NCBI GenBank assembly: GCA_002189035.1
Contig: NEEC01000019.1
Coordinates: 62,001 to 126,000 of the forward strand
Direction of reading: 5' to 3'
Source: Utricularia gibba
Lineage: Eukaryota > Plantae > Magnoliophyta
DNA: 64,000 nt
Position 1 is the first letter of the stretch. Each line of letters starts with the position of its first letter. Both the position numbers and the translations under genes were made by a program. The notes below the pieces were generated by a model, which saw nothing but the letters and a program-made list of their open reading frames with translations, was not told the DNA's origin and did no database searches. Positions 27,206 to 41,200 of this stretch are shown one piece after another.

Positions 27206-30200
27206 CTAAGATTGGTTCTTTACAATCCTGACACTGCTGTAGAAGCGTTTGAGGTCTTTGATGGCCTTCTCCTCAATCTGGATTGAGCGAATTGAGGACG
27301 GGCCATCTGTTTCCGGTTTGAACCAACGGCTGACGCCACTGGTTTCTGATGGTGAACCCCCGAGTCCGTTCATCACCGAGAATCCTGTGGTTTTGGTCTT
27401 CGGGCTGTGTGAAACACCCTTTTGCTGCTGCTGCAGTTGTTTTCCCTGGAGAAGGAGAGTTATTATCATCAACGCTTGAGAAAAATATCATGTTGTATGC
27501 CAGAGTAAAAGTAAGAACACTGTTACTTGTTGCAGTTGGATATCCCGGAGTGAAGGCCGGAAGGGACAAGGAGGAGAGGCCGAGGCTGATGCCCAAGGGG
27601 GCGTGCATTTATCTCCATCTGAAGCTGGCGTCTTCCGAATCGAAGTTGTGGGTATTGGAGATGAAGGTCGAACTGAGTTCATTACAAGTTTTGGGCTGGC
27701 TTTAACCTCTGAAATCCCATCAACTTCTTTCTTTCTCGCAGGGATGATCTTCTCCTGGCTCTTGCTCTGCTCATCCTGTATGATACGAAGGGAGGTTGAC
27801 GGATGGCAGGTTTTGGCGCCACCCCATGCTGGGCCGCTTTCCGTTTTGATCACAATCGGAGTCGGAGCAGTGGCCACCATGGGAACATTATTATCAAGGG
27901 CACCACTAAGGAACATGGAGAGTCCACCTTTCCTGCCCTTCTTCTTTGTTGTCGTAGGCTTGCACTGGATTTGCTCGGCTTGTGACTTTTTGCTGAAGGT
28001 TAGAGGGATACTTGGCTCCTGGGTTTCAACAGCAGCAACTTCCTCCTACACAAATATGAAGAAAAAACAGATCACCATAACCATAACCACTACAGCAGCA
28101 CAGTACATATTCAAAGTCTAGGATCCTAGAATTGCGTGCGTATTTACTCTCACAACATCATACGAAAACCCGTGACAATGCAAGTGTTGCTCACCTTGTC
28201 ATCGTGTTGGGCAACAGCACTATCGAGGAAGCTCTTTTCGGTGCTCATGTTGGGACCAATGGCTGGACAATCATGGGACTCATGGTCCTCCTGTACATGC
28301 TTCTTTTTGCTCCTTTGTCTTTGCTTTCTGGATACACCCCTTCTACTACATCTTTCCTCCACAGCAGGTGATGATTTTGGTTCCGAAGTATCCACCAGTG
28401 CACCAAGCTCAGAAAGGCTGCTTTCCAGTTCCGATCGCTTCTGAAGTTTAGTTATCTGCTGGCTATCGAGAAGAAAACCCTTGGATTGCCTTTCCTCAAG
28501 AAGCTCAATCTGCTGCAGCTTTTTCCTCAATGCCCTTATTTGTTTGTCCACACTGTCCATCCCAGCAGTATCCGATTTCAAAAAGCCATCTGATCTCTCG
28601 ACACTTTCAACAATTGGCCTCTTCCCACCATCTCCACGTGTCCTAGGAAACACACAGTCAGCATCCTCTTCTTCACTGTTAATTATTACTGGGAAAGTTG
28701 CCGTAGGAGTTGGCAACTGTCGGTGACTCCACGGCTCAGATGACTTCGAGTCCAATGATTTCTCAAGGTTCACCAAAACATCTAATGAAGTGCCACAAAA
28801 TGCGGGTGATGATACAGCAAGAATGAAGTCAAGGTTACGAATCACAATTTCCTGCATAGAGTCAAATATGAGTCACAGGAAACCTGAAGGTGCTAGCTGC
28901 AATCAAGAGAGTCAGGCAGACAAACCTCACAATGATTCCGAAGATCCTCTGCTCCAAGCGAATCTGCAATTTCCATTAGTTGGATGGCATTACGAGGCTC
29001 AACCAAGTGCTGAGCAGCCACTTTCTCACAAAGACTTTTTAAGGTTGGTGCAGTTTGTTTCTCAGAAAGATGCGAGGTGCTCTGAACTTCAGTATTCACA
29101 ATAATGTCATTTCGAACACTGGTGTGCTCTTGCTCCATGTCATCAAATTCATCCAGTCCATCCCATTTCTCCTCCATCACTGGTTTCTGACAAGATTCAG
29201 CAACACCAGGAACATATACTGGATGATAAAGTGAACTGATTATCAAGAGATGTGTCTCCCCAACAGAAACAGACGTTGCCTTCTTCACACCATGCAACCT
29301 GGTCATTATAGGAGGATCTTCTCTCCCTTTCTTTCCATCCCACATATATATATCACCATATGTGGTAACCACAGCTGTCCAATACTTCCCAGCAGAAACA
29401 CTCACGATACTTTTCCCGCAAAGCAAATATAACTACAGGAAACCAATACCACTCCATGTTCATAGCTTGGAATAAAGAAAACCATGGTAAAAAATAAAAA
29501 ATAAAAACCTGATGGCAACGAAGGTCGGGATCTGGGGAATCCCAGTAGAACAAAGTTCCATCTTCGGCTAAAGCCATGCTGTTTGTCATACCAGCAGCTA
29601 TTGCAATCACATTAAGGCGTTCATGGCGATGAAATTTCAGCAACATGCTTCCGGCCTTTTTTAGATTCCTGGAAATGATGACACGTCTTGGAGACACAAG
29701 CCGATGACCCCATGTGAAAACCTAACATCAATTTCAATACAGTTAAAATATTGAAATTCAGAAAGGAAAAAATAAGTGAGAGACCAACCAGCTAACCACA
29801 TACCTCACCATCAGAGCCTAGAACAATGGTATGGTACTTCGCCGCAGAAACTCCAATTAAGGACTTCCCTTTCAAGTATTCCACCACTCTAGGAGTGTAA
29901 TTCGAAGCAGAGTTGGATGTACCATAGCCAAGCTGTCCCTCTTTATTGCAACCCCATGTGTAAACTTCCCCAGCCTCTGATACGACAGCAGAGTGTTTGT
30001 TTGCTGCAGCAACGGCAACTATTCTAGCCTTCAAGGAACTCACCCTACGGGGTGTTGCTTGGGTGTCAACAGAAGTATATCCAAGTTGCCCCTCTGCCAC
30101 AAGGTTTCTTTTCAAAAAAAAAAAAAAAATAGTGTGGAAATTTTAAGATAAGCATGGAATAAAGGTATTTCCTCATCAAATTCTCCGCCCCTACCCCCTC

Positions 30201-31786
30201 CTCAAAAAAGATTTAAAAGAACTTGTGAAAACATTTAATGGTGACCATCCAAACTAAATTCAGACAGGAGTCTGTCAATGATTAGAAAACGCATACAGTT
30301 ACCTCTATTAGAACCCCATGTGAAGACTTCCCCACCCTCAGTTGCAACCACAGTGTGATGCTTAGCTGCTGCAACGACCTTAACTCGACGAGCACCCAAA
30401 CCTGAAGTCACTTGACGAGGAGTGATAACAGCAGCTTGACCACTGCAAAAGATATATAAATAACTAAATCATTAAAATACGCACTTTCAACAAGTACACT
30501 AGTTGTGAAGCAGTCAGAACAGTCAAAGGATTAGTTAATAGTAGAATCACCTTCAACACTCAACTGTCAACATGCTCCAGAATGTCTTGGCACATAAAAT
30601 TAGAGAAATAAATATTCTATAAGGTGAATTATTTACCTGTGTATGTCAAAGTCAGGGTGGCCAAGCCTGCCACCACGGCCAAAACCCCAAGTATACACTT
30701 CGCCCCGCTCACTTACTGCAACGCTATGGAACTTAGCAGAAGAGATCTTCTTGATGAACGAACCCTGAAGTGAGTCAACTTTGCAAGGTAATTTTTGCAA
30801 ATGCGCATTTCCAGTTCCAAGTTGATAATTAACACCACTTCCCCAGCTCAGAACCTCCGTGGCAACTACAAATCAAATAATAACGTCATCCACAACCACC
30901 AGCCAAACAAAAAGAAAATCTTTCAGAAATATGGTTGCGCACTTGAGTTTTTTTCCTTTCCAATAGCCTGAATCACAGGACCTGACAGCAGGTCAACAGG
31001 AACTCTCATTTTCGAATCCTGTAAGGTCAATGAGGCACCATACTGAAGAAGGGTGCATGCAACAGCCAAATGCCCAAAATACAGAGCTCTATGAAGACTG
31101 CTCCACCCCGATTCTCCATCCTGACAACAAGAAAACTGATTTCAGTAAGATGTTAAACTCACAAATGGATGAATCCAAAGGTTTTATAGCCAAGATGAAC
31201 GTGTTTTGGGAACATATTTGGCTCACCTTGAAACAAATTGTTTCATTGTGCATGCTAACGACACCCAAAAAATATATATGTTACAAATATAATACAATAA
31301 ACCTATAGTAAGACTTTGGAAGCTACATCCATCTTTTTGAAACATAATTTCCTGATCGATATTTTCTTCTATCAGAGAAAAAGGACGCAAAAGAAATTTC
31401 TATGATTTTTAGTAATAAGCACAAAAACAGACAACTGAGAGGGAAACATAATTATAAAACAGCTAGAGGAGATTATCAAAAAAAAAGTATTAGCAAGTGA
31501 GAAAGATGTGACAGTTTACCCTGGCATTGGGGTCTGCACCAGCTTCAAGGAGTCTCCTAAGAATTGGTACATTGTTCCTCCATACTGCTATATGCAGCGG
31601 CGTTAGGCCAGAAGAATTCCTTGCATTAACATTTCCCCCACTTTTTTTCAGAAGCAGTAAGGCTGAGTCTACATCAGCGACAGATCCCTTGCGTACAACT
31701 AACCAGATATCGTTGATCTTGACTGGAGACTTACGAGCTATTTGCATAGCCTTCTTCTGAGATGGAGGAAAAAGTACATCCTCCAT
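27206..31786 (-). CDS. Ankyrin + RCC1 repeat + BTB/BACK-like protein (At3g03790 / IBtk-like), 10 coding exons, with an apparent 1-nt deletion at ~30331
   Basis: Exons 31786-31520, 31120-30943, 30865-30637, ~30442-30302, 30093-29804, 29721-29509, 29432-28926, 28851-28195, 28045-27527 and 27445-27206. Motifs GLTPLHIAVW, GWSSLHRAL, several VYTWG..EGQLGY RCC1 repeats, PTLKSLCEKVAA and SIRSIQIEEKA. Confidence 0.88.
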
Positions 31787-33914
31787 AAGAAATAATTAAC
31801 TAACGGAAAGGAAAGGCCTTTGTATTGTATGTTGCTAGGATTATCTTCCCATCGCCTAATTATGTTTATGTCAGTAACTAGCAACTAGGTCGCATTACAT
31901 CTCACAAAGAAACTCCTACAGTTGAAGACATAAACAGAAACCAGAACAGGACATTGATGATCAAACAGCTCCCATTTGCCATAAACGCAAGATACACTCG
32001 ACTATTTACGAGAGCCCTGATCGCTCAGTGGGTTGAATAATGGGCACCTGAAAATTAAAGAAGGAATCTTTAAGACCACAAAGCCCCAGCAAAGATCGCA
32101 TTCAAGTCTCTAAATCCAGGAGGCAGCCAAAGCCCTTCGATGCAAAATAACTACAATCTTATAAGCAACCCGCATAAATGAGTTGCATTTTAAATCGAAA
32201 ACATGCCTAACACCCATAATAGAAACGCTTACTCGAGAATCGAAAAAAAAAACAAATTCACAAAAATGCAGCAACCCTCACAGCCTCATAAATCGCTTAG
32301 CAGGAATTCACCTTCGATTTTACTCCCGCAACTCCATCACTTGAGAAGAATCAGGGGAACAAGAAGAAAGAAAACGTTAGATCTTCCGGTAAGCGTGATC
32401 GCCTTGCAACAGGTTTCCTTCCGAATTGAGCTCCCGGAGAACAAGAGAAGGATCCGAACACGAATATACCCCCGAGACCCCAAAGATGCACAACTACCAA
32501 GGAGGGGAGAGGAGTAAACGGTTAGGGCATTTCGGTAATTGTCTTACTGCACGGCCGAATATTCCCCAGAAAATGACGAACCTGGGCCAAGGGGGACGTG
32601 CAGCAGGGCCCTCTCCAGCATACGTGTCTCGCGCATACTCCGACACGAAGCAAAACCATTCCGACCTTGGAAAATTTTGTGGGTGCTACAAGTTTTAGAT
32701 TTATATTTGCAGCTTTTTTTTTTTTTGGAATTGGAATTAAATGTTTGTGGTTTTTTTTTCAATTGCAAGATTGAAATTAAATTAAATGTTGGTGGTGGCT
32801 GCTGGAGAGGCTCGGTGCACGCCGTGGCCATTCTCACATCCGATTGAGGTACCGCGTGCTGGGACTATGCTTGAGAATAATAATAATAATTCTGTGAATT
32901 TGATATTACAAAAGTAGCCAATTATATGTTAAAATGGTTATTTTATAAAAAATAAATAAATTGATTTAATTAGTAAATATTAACAATAAATTAAAATGAT
33001 GCAAACTAATTTTTTGTCATAAAATGAATTTGGTTGTAAACTCATCAACCCAAACCATTAATTAATTACAGCATCTTTAAAATCTACAAATAGTTTAAAT
33101 TATAAATTAAAATACATCTGCAAACTATAACTTTGTTCAAAGAATACTTCTACTGCAATTTGTAACAAAATTCACTATTTAAAAGTAGTACATAGTTGAA
33201 TTTTACTTTAAACTTAAAATATTAATTAATGTTTATATTACTTTAAACTTTTTTTATGAATGTTTATTCAATTTTTACAATTTTATTTATCAAAATTGCA
33301 TTTTTTTTCCACAAAATATGTGGAATGGTCACTTTTATAATGTAGGTTAGGGTAGAGGACATTAGGAGGGCTACCAGCTACACCTACACTTAACACTACC
33401 CAGCGAATAAATATGAAACTCAGAGGTATTAATTTTTGATATTGGGTAGAACTCATGTTTTAAATTCATGTATGGTTAAATTTAATTTAATTCAACTTTA
33501 GAATTAAACCTAAAATAAATTAAATAATTTTTAATATATTATTATATACTTTAAAATATAATTAAAAATTATTAAATCTAATTTAATGCAAAATTGTAAC
33601 CCATTGCCAACTGTGGACACCACAAACGCAGTAGGCAAATGAGCTTTCATAACAAGGCATTTAGGTACCTTGGCCTAAGAGGCTGGAAATGGACAGCAAT
33701 ACAAGTGATGAATACTATATGCACGCGCATACACGGTCTAGGTGAAGGAAATCAAGGAATGGAACTGAAAACACTCGGAAACATTCAAGAATAGGGGCAC
33801 CTGCATGTTGCAATAATACGAAGTTTTTCCATCTGCAGAACCAATCTTTATGAATAGAACTGAACCAAGACAAACCAAATCAGCAGCAGCAGATGAGGTG
33901 ATTCCGGCATTCGA

Positions 33915-35579
33915 TCATGTAGCAATAGGAGGATCCTGCATGTCGCAACAAGGAGATTAGGGCATTGAGTGGGAAGCCCTGACACACTGTTTGAATAGGG
34001 AATAAGAAGAACAAAGGCAATTGCTTAAACAAATCCCCCTTCTTAATCCATTAGGTTGATGCTCCTGAACTGTAATTTTAGAATGATCAATGAGGGTGGA
34101 CCCTTAGTAAAATGTGGAGGCTCACAGGTTCCGGTTGAGAGTCTGGTGCGTCTACTTTTCAAGGAGTGGTTGCAAAAATGGTGAAGTTTGTACCTTCGAT
34201 GTCAAATTGGAGCGAGCCAAACTCCATTTCTCCTTAGTTTTTGTAGTCGCCACCTGCCCAGCTTTTGCCATTTTGCTGAAAGCGCCATTTAACCAAGCAG
34301 CTCCAGCAGTCACATATCTAATACAGACCACAATATTAGTTTGACAGGGAAAAAAGCACGTCAAACATAAGAGAAAATGAGACACAAATCAACTGATTAT
34401 TGCAACCTGCTGGACTTAACAGCTGAGCCAGTGTCATTCAGTTTCCGTTCAGCAGCCAAAAGAGCTGACATAGTTTTATCCGATACTTGATATCTTTGAT
34501 CGACGGATTTCACTTTCTCATTCACGGCAGAAATCCCGACTGTAATTTTCTCACTGAGTCCAACTCTTTTGTCAAAAGACACCACTCGCGCAGATGCATT
34601 GGCAGTTAGCCTGTGCTTTTCATCAAACGCTTTGGCTTTACTCACAGCATCTTGTCTAATAGCAGAACCCTTAGCAATCATACTGGAGACAACATCTTGT
34701 GCTTTGCTCACGTAAACCCTTCCATTATTTGGGCTTGTTTTTACCTGCAAGTATAGACACAATAGAATCGTATGAAATCCAAGTGTCTAGACACTTGATG
34801 AACAGAGAAAGCACCAGCATTCGAAGTGTATGAAATCGACCACTAGAAAATCCTTGGTAGACACAAATCATTACACAGTTACCAAAATTTAAAGCTGACA
34901 GTAATTACGAATTTGCATTAATCACCTCAGAAAATGAAGAGCTATTTTCCTGAGAAAGGCTTACGGCATTGTCAACCAGTCGAACTTCCTGTAATCAGGA
35001 AACAACTTTAAAACAAACCCAATCTAGAGAAGAATACAGATAGGTGATAGGTTAATTACATGGATCTCAGGTTGCGGCACATAGTCGTTTGCAGGAGTGA
35101 TAATAACCACCTGGTCAACAATAGTTGCACCCTGCAGATACAATCCAAAGATTTAACACGATTTCAAGTTTCTGTAACTCAGGGGTTAGTCAACCGCAAA
35201 ATCAGAGGACATTTGGGATCAAAGATCGAGTGACTTACTGACAAACGCAAAGCTATTTCAAGAGCCGACGGATCTTTAAACGTAACAAAGGCAGTTTTCA
35301 GCACTCCAGGTTCTCTGAAAGCGTACAGAAACTCAAGAAAATAATCACCTAAGCACAATACAAGATCCAAACAAAGCAAGGCTAACCTCCGAATCTCAAC
35401 GCGTTCAATTTCACCGGAAAATGAGAAGAACTCATGGAGCTCCCTTTCCGTCGCTAGATCCGACAACCGTTTCACTTCAATAGTCCTCGTCTACGAACCG
35501 ACATAGAAAACAGCCATGAAGCAAAGTGATTTCAGAAGCAAACCTCAATGACAGCACAAGAATCAATACAAACCTGCAT
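33915..35579 (-). CDS. BPA1-like RRM protein (binding partner of ACD11 family), 8 exons
   Basis: Exons 35579-35574 (ATGCAG), 35490-35387, 35314-35239, 35131-35060, 34988-34926, 34744-34407, 34317-34194 and 33935-33915 (DPPIAT*). RRM TIEVKRLSDLATERELHEFFSFSGEIE, then KAQDVVSSMIAKG...KAKAFDEKH...SRYVTAGAAWL. Confidence 0.88.
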
Positions 35580-36129
35580 TACGAAACAAAATCCGCCAAT
35601 ATCCTCTTAGGAACCGTTCAGCAAGAAGCTAAGTAAACGAGAAAATCGAGCGGCGTTCTTCAAGTAAAAAAATCTCAAGCATCGCCGCCGATATCCGAAC
35701 CTCTTCCGAAGTACAAAGAATACCACAGCAACTGGACTTTTTCTGGAGTTCAGAAGAGTTCAATTTGCAATCCTGATCTATTTTTCATGTTTTAATTTGT
35801 GTTCATTAATGAATAAACACATTACAATATAAATAAAATGATATAATAGCAAGATCATGCTATTCTGATTTAAATAATTATGCATTAGGAATTTGCAGGT
35901 ATTCTACTCAAGTTCCCAAAACACCACCACCACGGCATACTACATTGGATAGGGTAAGGAAAACACTTAAAGTATAACTTTAAGAAAACTTACTAAACAG
36001 ACATTGTGTTGACGTGTCGTTTTATACACCCCCTTTCTATATATCACAAACAACAATACCTAGTTTCTAGATTAATAATATTCAGAGACGAAAAAAAGTA
36101 AAATATGGGATTGCTACAAAAGTAGCTTG

Positions 36130-37790
36130 ATCAACAACATCCGTTCGCTTCCTGGTTGATGCCTTCTCTTCAATCCTCAATGTTCTATCGCTGACAACAG
36201 CAGATTGCTCTACAGAAGATGGTATTGATGACTCTGCAGGCTGGGAGCCTGTCAAGATTCAAATTACAAGGACCCCCTACAGCTCATGGTACTTACTATG
36301 TTGAAACATGAAAGGAAGAGAGCTAGCAGATACTTGCTTTCACCAGCATTAAGATCACATATTACCAAATGCAAGCACAGCCATCTGTTTCTCTTAAGCA
36401 CAAAAAAGATTAAGAAAACAAGGCATACAAAATGAAAATCATGTGTAGTTGATTCTCACCATTAATTAGTGCACGGTATGCAACTTTTGCAGCATTCATC
36501 TCAGATTGCTTCTTAGTTTTCGCTACTCCACCCTGAAAGCAAAGTCTGCCAAGCTCCACTTGATATACAAAACCAAAGATGGTGGTTTTATATGACTGAT
36601 GATCTAAACCCTTTCTTACAGCAAGGTCTTGGAGAAGGTTTTCATATGAAACATCATCCTAACGTCATGCCAAATAAATATGATTTTTGTTGATGACAAA
36701 GAATAGATGACAATAATGACATCACTATTAAGTGAACTTGCATTACTAACCCTTGGAACCACATCTAATGACAATGCTTCACAAGCAGCCTTTGCAGCTG
36801 TTTATTCAGCTTCCCCTTAATGTATGTGTTAGCCATATGATATGCTGCTTGAGACACTTGATGCACCACAGGATAATTGTTAAGTGTTATTTTTTTTTAT
36901 ATATTTTAGCATGTATTTTTAAGTGTTAATTTATAATTAAGTTTTTTAATTAGGAATTATATTAAAAATTATTACGTTTCTTTTAAAAAAATTATTATTA
37001 TTATTATGTTATTATATATTTTTGCACTGTATTTTGAAAATTCCAAGAATCAAAGGTGACGTATGGCAGGAGGTTTTCAAACAAAAAAGACTTCCTTCTG
37101 TTAACTTGCAAGCAAGCTGGAATCATGTTGGATGGACCAGTTGCATGCATTCAATTTTTCCATCTCTTTAATCTCTTTAATGCTCATGACTTAAAACATG
37201 TGAGAGTTTATTCTAATGATTAAATAAATTGATTGTATGAATGTAAAAAGTTGAATGCACGAAGAAGACATAATGAATGAAGAAAAAGGAACAAATGAAT
37301 TAAATGTATTTCTCAATATGATTTAAAGGGAACTTTGAATGAATAAGAAATAAATTTTTTCACATTTAAATATAATAGCTACTTTTATTCTTTTACTCTA
37401 CTATATGGAATGGAGAAATAAGACTTTTATTTTATTTTTTTGTTGAAATAATGACATGCAACAATAATTACAACCTGTGGGCTGTGAGGGATAATTGATT
37501 GTGGAGTAATTGGTATAACCTATGCCAAAAGAGAAATGAGATGATAAACTGTGATTTGAGCAGCGTCATTTGCAAATTTGTGATGTGGAGGGCTGAAGAA
37601 TGTATGCTCATTCATGTTAACAGTCACCGTGAAATGAGGCAAATGTTGCGGCCCATCTTTCATAATGCTGTACTCTGGTCTCGAGCAATGGCCACTGTCA
37701 TTGTTTACATAATTCCTGAAGTTCACTCTTGCATATTGCGGTGCTATCGCAGCTAGGATTTCATCCGCGAGATCAAGTTGTACACTAATG
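36130..37790 (-). pseudogene. Degraded double-stranded RNA-binding protein (DRB, multi-dsRBM) gene
   Basis: dsRBM1 reads CKSELQELCKQ*QWPL, then a 7-nt insertion, then PEYSIMKDGPQHLPHFTVTV...NDAAQI (~37745-37545). Only the tail of a middle dsRBM remains (TAAKAACEAL, ~36810-36760). Exon 36658-36460 reads YENLLQDLAVRKG...GGVAKTKKQSEMNAAKVAYRAL. Confidence 0.75.
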
Positions 37791-38291
37791 AAAGGCATTT
37801 CGACTAAACAAACCCTAAGTATCACGATTGCATATAATTTTGTGGTCATCGATGCCATTTGATCCTTTTTTTTTTTTTATCATTGTAAATGATTAACTCT
37901 ATGTCTTTCCAACACAATTACCACTTTGGGACCGTTTGGCTGGCAGCGTTACCTATTTAGATTTTCCTTTATCTCTCAACCCATGTTTGATTGGGAGGTT
38001 GTAAATGGATAAATATAAATTCACATATGGTATATATACTCGATGGGAATCTAAAACCGATCTCCCTCTTCAATTTTTTCCCTCACGCATCCCTGAAATT
38101 CGAATGGATGATGTAGATTTGAAGCATTTAATGCTGCTTGGATTTGGAAGAAGGCATCGTGTTCAACTTTTGTTATGTAAGGATGTGGATTTAGAGCATT
38201 ACTTGGTGATATTATTTTGTGAAGCTTGCACTTTCTTCTATTTGTATTTGTGCAATTCAGTTGATATCATGTTTGAGATTCCCTATTAAAA

Positions 38292-41200
38292 CTATATATC
38301 CAAATCGGAACTATTCCAATATTTAATACAAGTTTACTACTGCTTTCTTCCACCATTTCTGCCTCGAGGTGTTCTCCTTTTATTGTCTCTTGCGACAGTT
38401 TTGTTTGCCAAGGTCCCTTCTAGAGTGTTCTGATTGGTGCCTTTGGGGTCAGTATTTGGGTTTGCATGTCTTGTTAAGCACATTGGGTGTGTTGATATCC
38501 CCTCCTCAAGCCCAAAAGCCTTCAGATCCACAAACCCTAGCCTTTGCAGGAACTGTTCATACTCTTCCACTCCCAGCGGCTTCATAAAAAGATCTGTGAC
38601 TTGCAACTTCGTCGATACATACACAGGTTTTAGCAGTCCATTCTTGAAGCACTCTCTCACTACATGGCAATCCACCTCTATATGCTTGGTTCGCTCGTGG
38701 AAAATTGGGTTCTCCGTGATTTGAATCGCTGCCTTGCTATCGCAGTGTAATGGAATTGCTCCATTGTTGGGGTACCCAATTTCTTGCAACAGATACGTTA
38801 TCCATTTCAATTCGCATGTTGTAGTTGCCATGCTTCAGTATTCGGCTTTTGCCGATGATCTTGATATAGTGGCTTGCTTTTTTGTCTTCCAAGACACTAA
38901 AGCTGATCCAGAAAATACAGCAAATCTTGTTAAAGATCGTCAGGTAAGAGGACATGCTGCCGAGTCGGAGTCACAAAACGTGCTGAGAGCCATTGTCCCT
39001 CATGGATAGAACAATCCTTTATGGAGGGTCCCTTGTAGGTATTTTGCTACCTGAATTGCAGCACGTCTGTGTTCTTCGCAAGGGCATTCCATGTACTAAC
39101 TAAGAGTTTGCACGTAATAGGATAAGTCAGGCCGAGAGAAGCCTAAGTAGAGAAGATACCCCACCAACCTTCGGTATCGTAGGGGTGACTAGTTTTCTTT
39201 CCCTGTATTGTCTGAGAATCTGAATCCCCTGAGCAGTGAGAGCAGCTATCCATTATCCTTAGATAAGCTTAAGTCTTTGATGATAGACGTCGCATATCTT
39301 GTCTGACTGATAAAGATTCCTTTTTCATTTATGTGAATTTGTAGCCTGAGATAATAGCTCGCCTCTCCTAGGTCTTTGATTGTGGACCAGCTGTGAAGTG
39401 CACTCTTCACCGCTTGAATTTCTTCGAGTGAATTTCTAGCAAGTAGTAAATCGTCTACATAGACTAATTGAACAGAGATTTGCTCGCCGTGTCTTTTGTA
39501 GAACATGCATAGATCATGATGGCTTTTTATTTAACCGATGGTTTCTAATTTTGAGGTAAGCTCACAGTTCCATTCTCTTGAGGCCTACTTTAATCCATAA
39601 ATAGGTTTTAGTAGCTTGCAAATCTTGTTACCTGCAAGGTAACCAGGTGGAGGTTTCATGTAAACCTCTTCTTCTAATTTACTGTGAAGGAATGCATTAT
39701 TCACATCCACCTGATGCAAAAACCAATCATGCGCCAAACTGTCAAAGCCAATATTAACCTTAAACTCGTGGCCTTGGCTGTAGGTGAGAAACTCTCTTTA
39801 AAGTCTTGGCCCTCCTTTTGGGAATAGCCCTGGGCTACCAACCATGCCTTCCTCCTCTCCAATGTCCCATCGGGATTTAATTTGTGTTTATAAACTCATT
39901 TGCTGCCTACAAGGTTGCGATTTGGAGGGGATCTACAAGAACCCAAGTTTGATTGTCTTGAAGAGCCTTCTCCTCAGCTCTCATGACCAACTGCCAACAT
40001 GGATCGTCCCTGGCCTCTTCAAAGGTATGGGGCTCTGGTTCCACTGAATTCCAATCCTCTGTCATGCATACATAATCTTGCATCCAAAGAGGCTGCACGG
40101 GCCGTCGTTGACCTCTTCTGATGGTTGGTGTCTCAGGTGGTGATTCAATGATATCATCGTTCTCATTGGAATAACCATGCGATACCTCTGGCTCTTCTAG
40201 TATAGGATTTGGTTGGGATGCTTCTGGTGAGTATTCTGATGCTGCATCACACGGTGATCCCGGGTCTGTTCGAAAGAGTTGAGTGTCCAATAGCAGTAGC
40301 ATTCCAAAATCCTCACTCGCTGTAGTACACGCTTTATATGGGAAGAATTCTTCATAGAAGATGACGTCTCTTGAGACTAGCACGGTACGTTGCTCTTGAT
40401 CAAATACTTCATATTCCTTTTTTTCAGGAGCATAGCTTATGAAGATCCCTTTCTTTCCTCTTGCACCAAATTTGTCCAGATTCTTGAGAGGGTCTGTATA
40501 GAAGCACAAACAACCAAAGGTTTTAATTGTTGATAAATCTAGTTGTTTCTTGAATAGGTACTCCACGGATATCTTGCCTCCCAAAGTGGTCTTGGGCAAG
40601 TGATTGATGATATACATTGCGGTCAGCAAGGCTTCGCCCCAAAGGTAGGCAGGTGCATTTGACTAGTACATTAAGGCCCTTGCAACCTCCAGAAGATGTT
40701 TATGCTTCCTCTCTACGCGCCCATTTTGCTCTGGTGTATGTACGCAGCTAGTGTAGTGTAGGATGCCTTTATTTCCAAAGAATTCCTTGAGCTCTTTGTT
40801 GATAAATTCACCACCGTTGTCACTCTGGATGATTTTTATCTACTTGCTGAATTGCCTTTTGATCTTGGTGACCAGATTCTTGATCACAGGGATGGCTTCA
40901 GACTTGTACTGGAGTAGGCAAGTCCAAGTTGCATGGCTCACGTCATCCACCACAGTAAGGAACAACCGAGTATTGGTAATGGTGGATACCTTGTAGGGTC
41001 CACCACATCAATGATTGGCTCTAGTACAAGTGGGAGATTGTTAGTGTATGTGTTCTAGAGACAATCAACTCATTGGCAAATCTTATCTTATGATATTTAC
41101 TTTGAATTGTGATCAAATTTATATCATTGATAAAATCCTCTACTTAATCTATGTGCTATAGAAATTATGATGAGATCATAATGTGAGATTCTTCAAGCAC

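Noticed and set aside
27249-29104. Many plus-strand ORFs up to 172 aa
   Set aside because: Antisense to the long exons of the ankyrin-RCC1 gene.
32203-32847. Cluster of ~100-aa ORFs on both strands
   Set aside because: GC-rich 5' UTR/promoter of the ankyrin-RCC1 gene with low-complexity translations. Possible uORFs cannot be assessed without the TSS.
37928-38290. GGGACCGTTTGG resembling a Tourist MITE terminus
   Set aside because: No matching second TIR or TAA/TTA TSD found.
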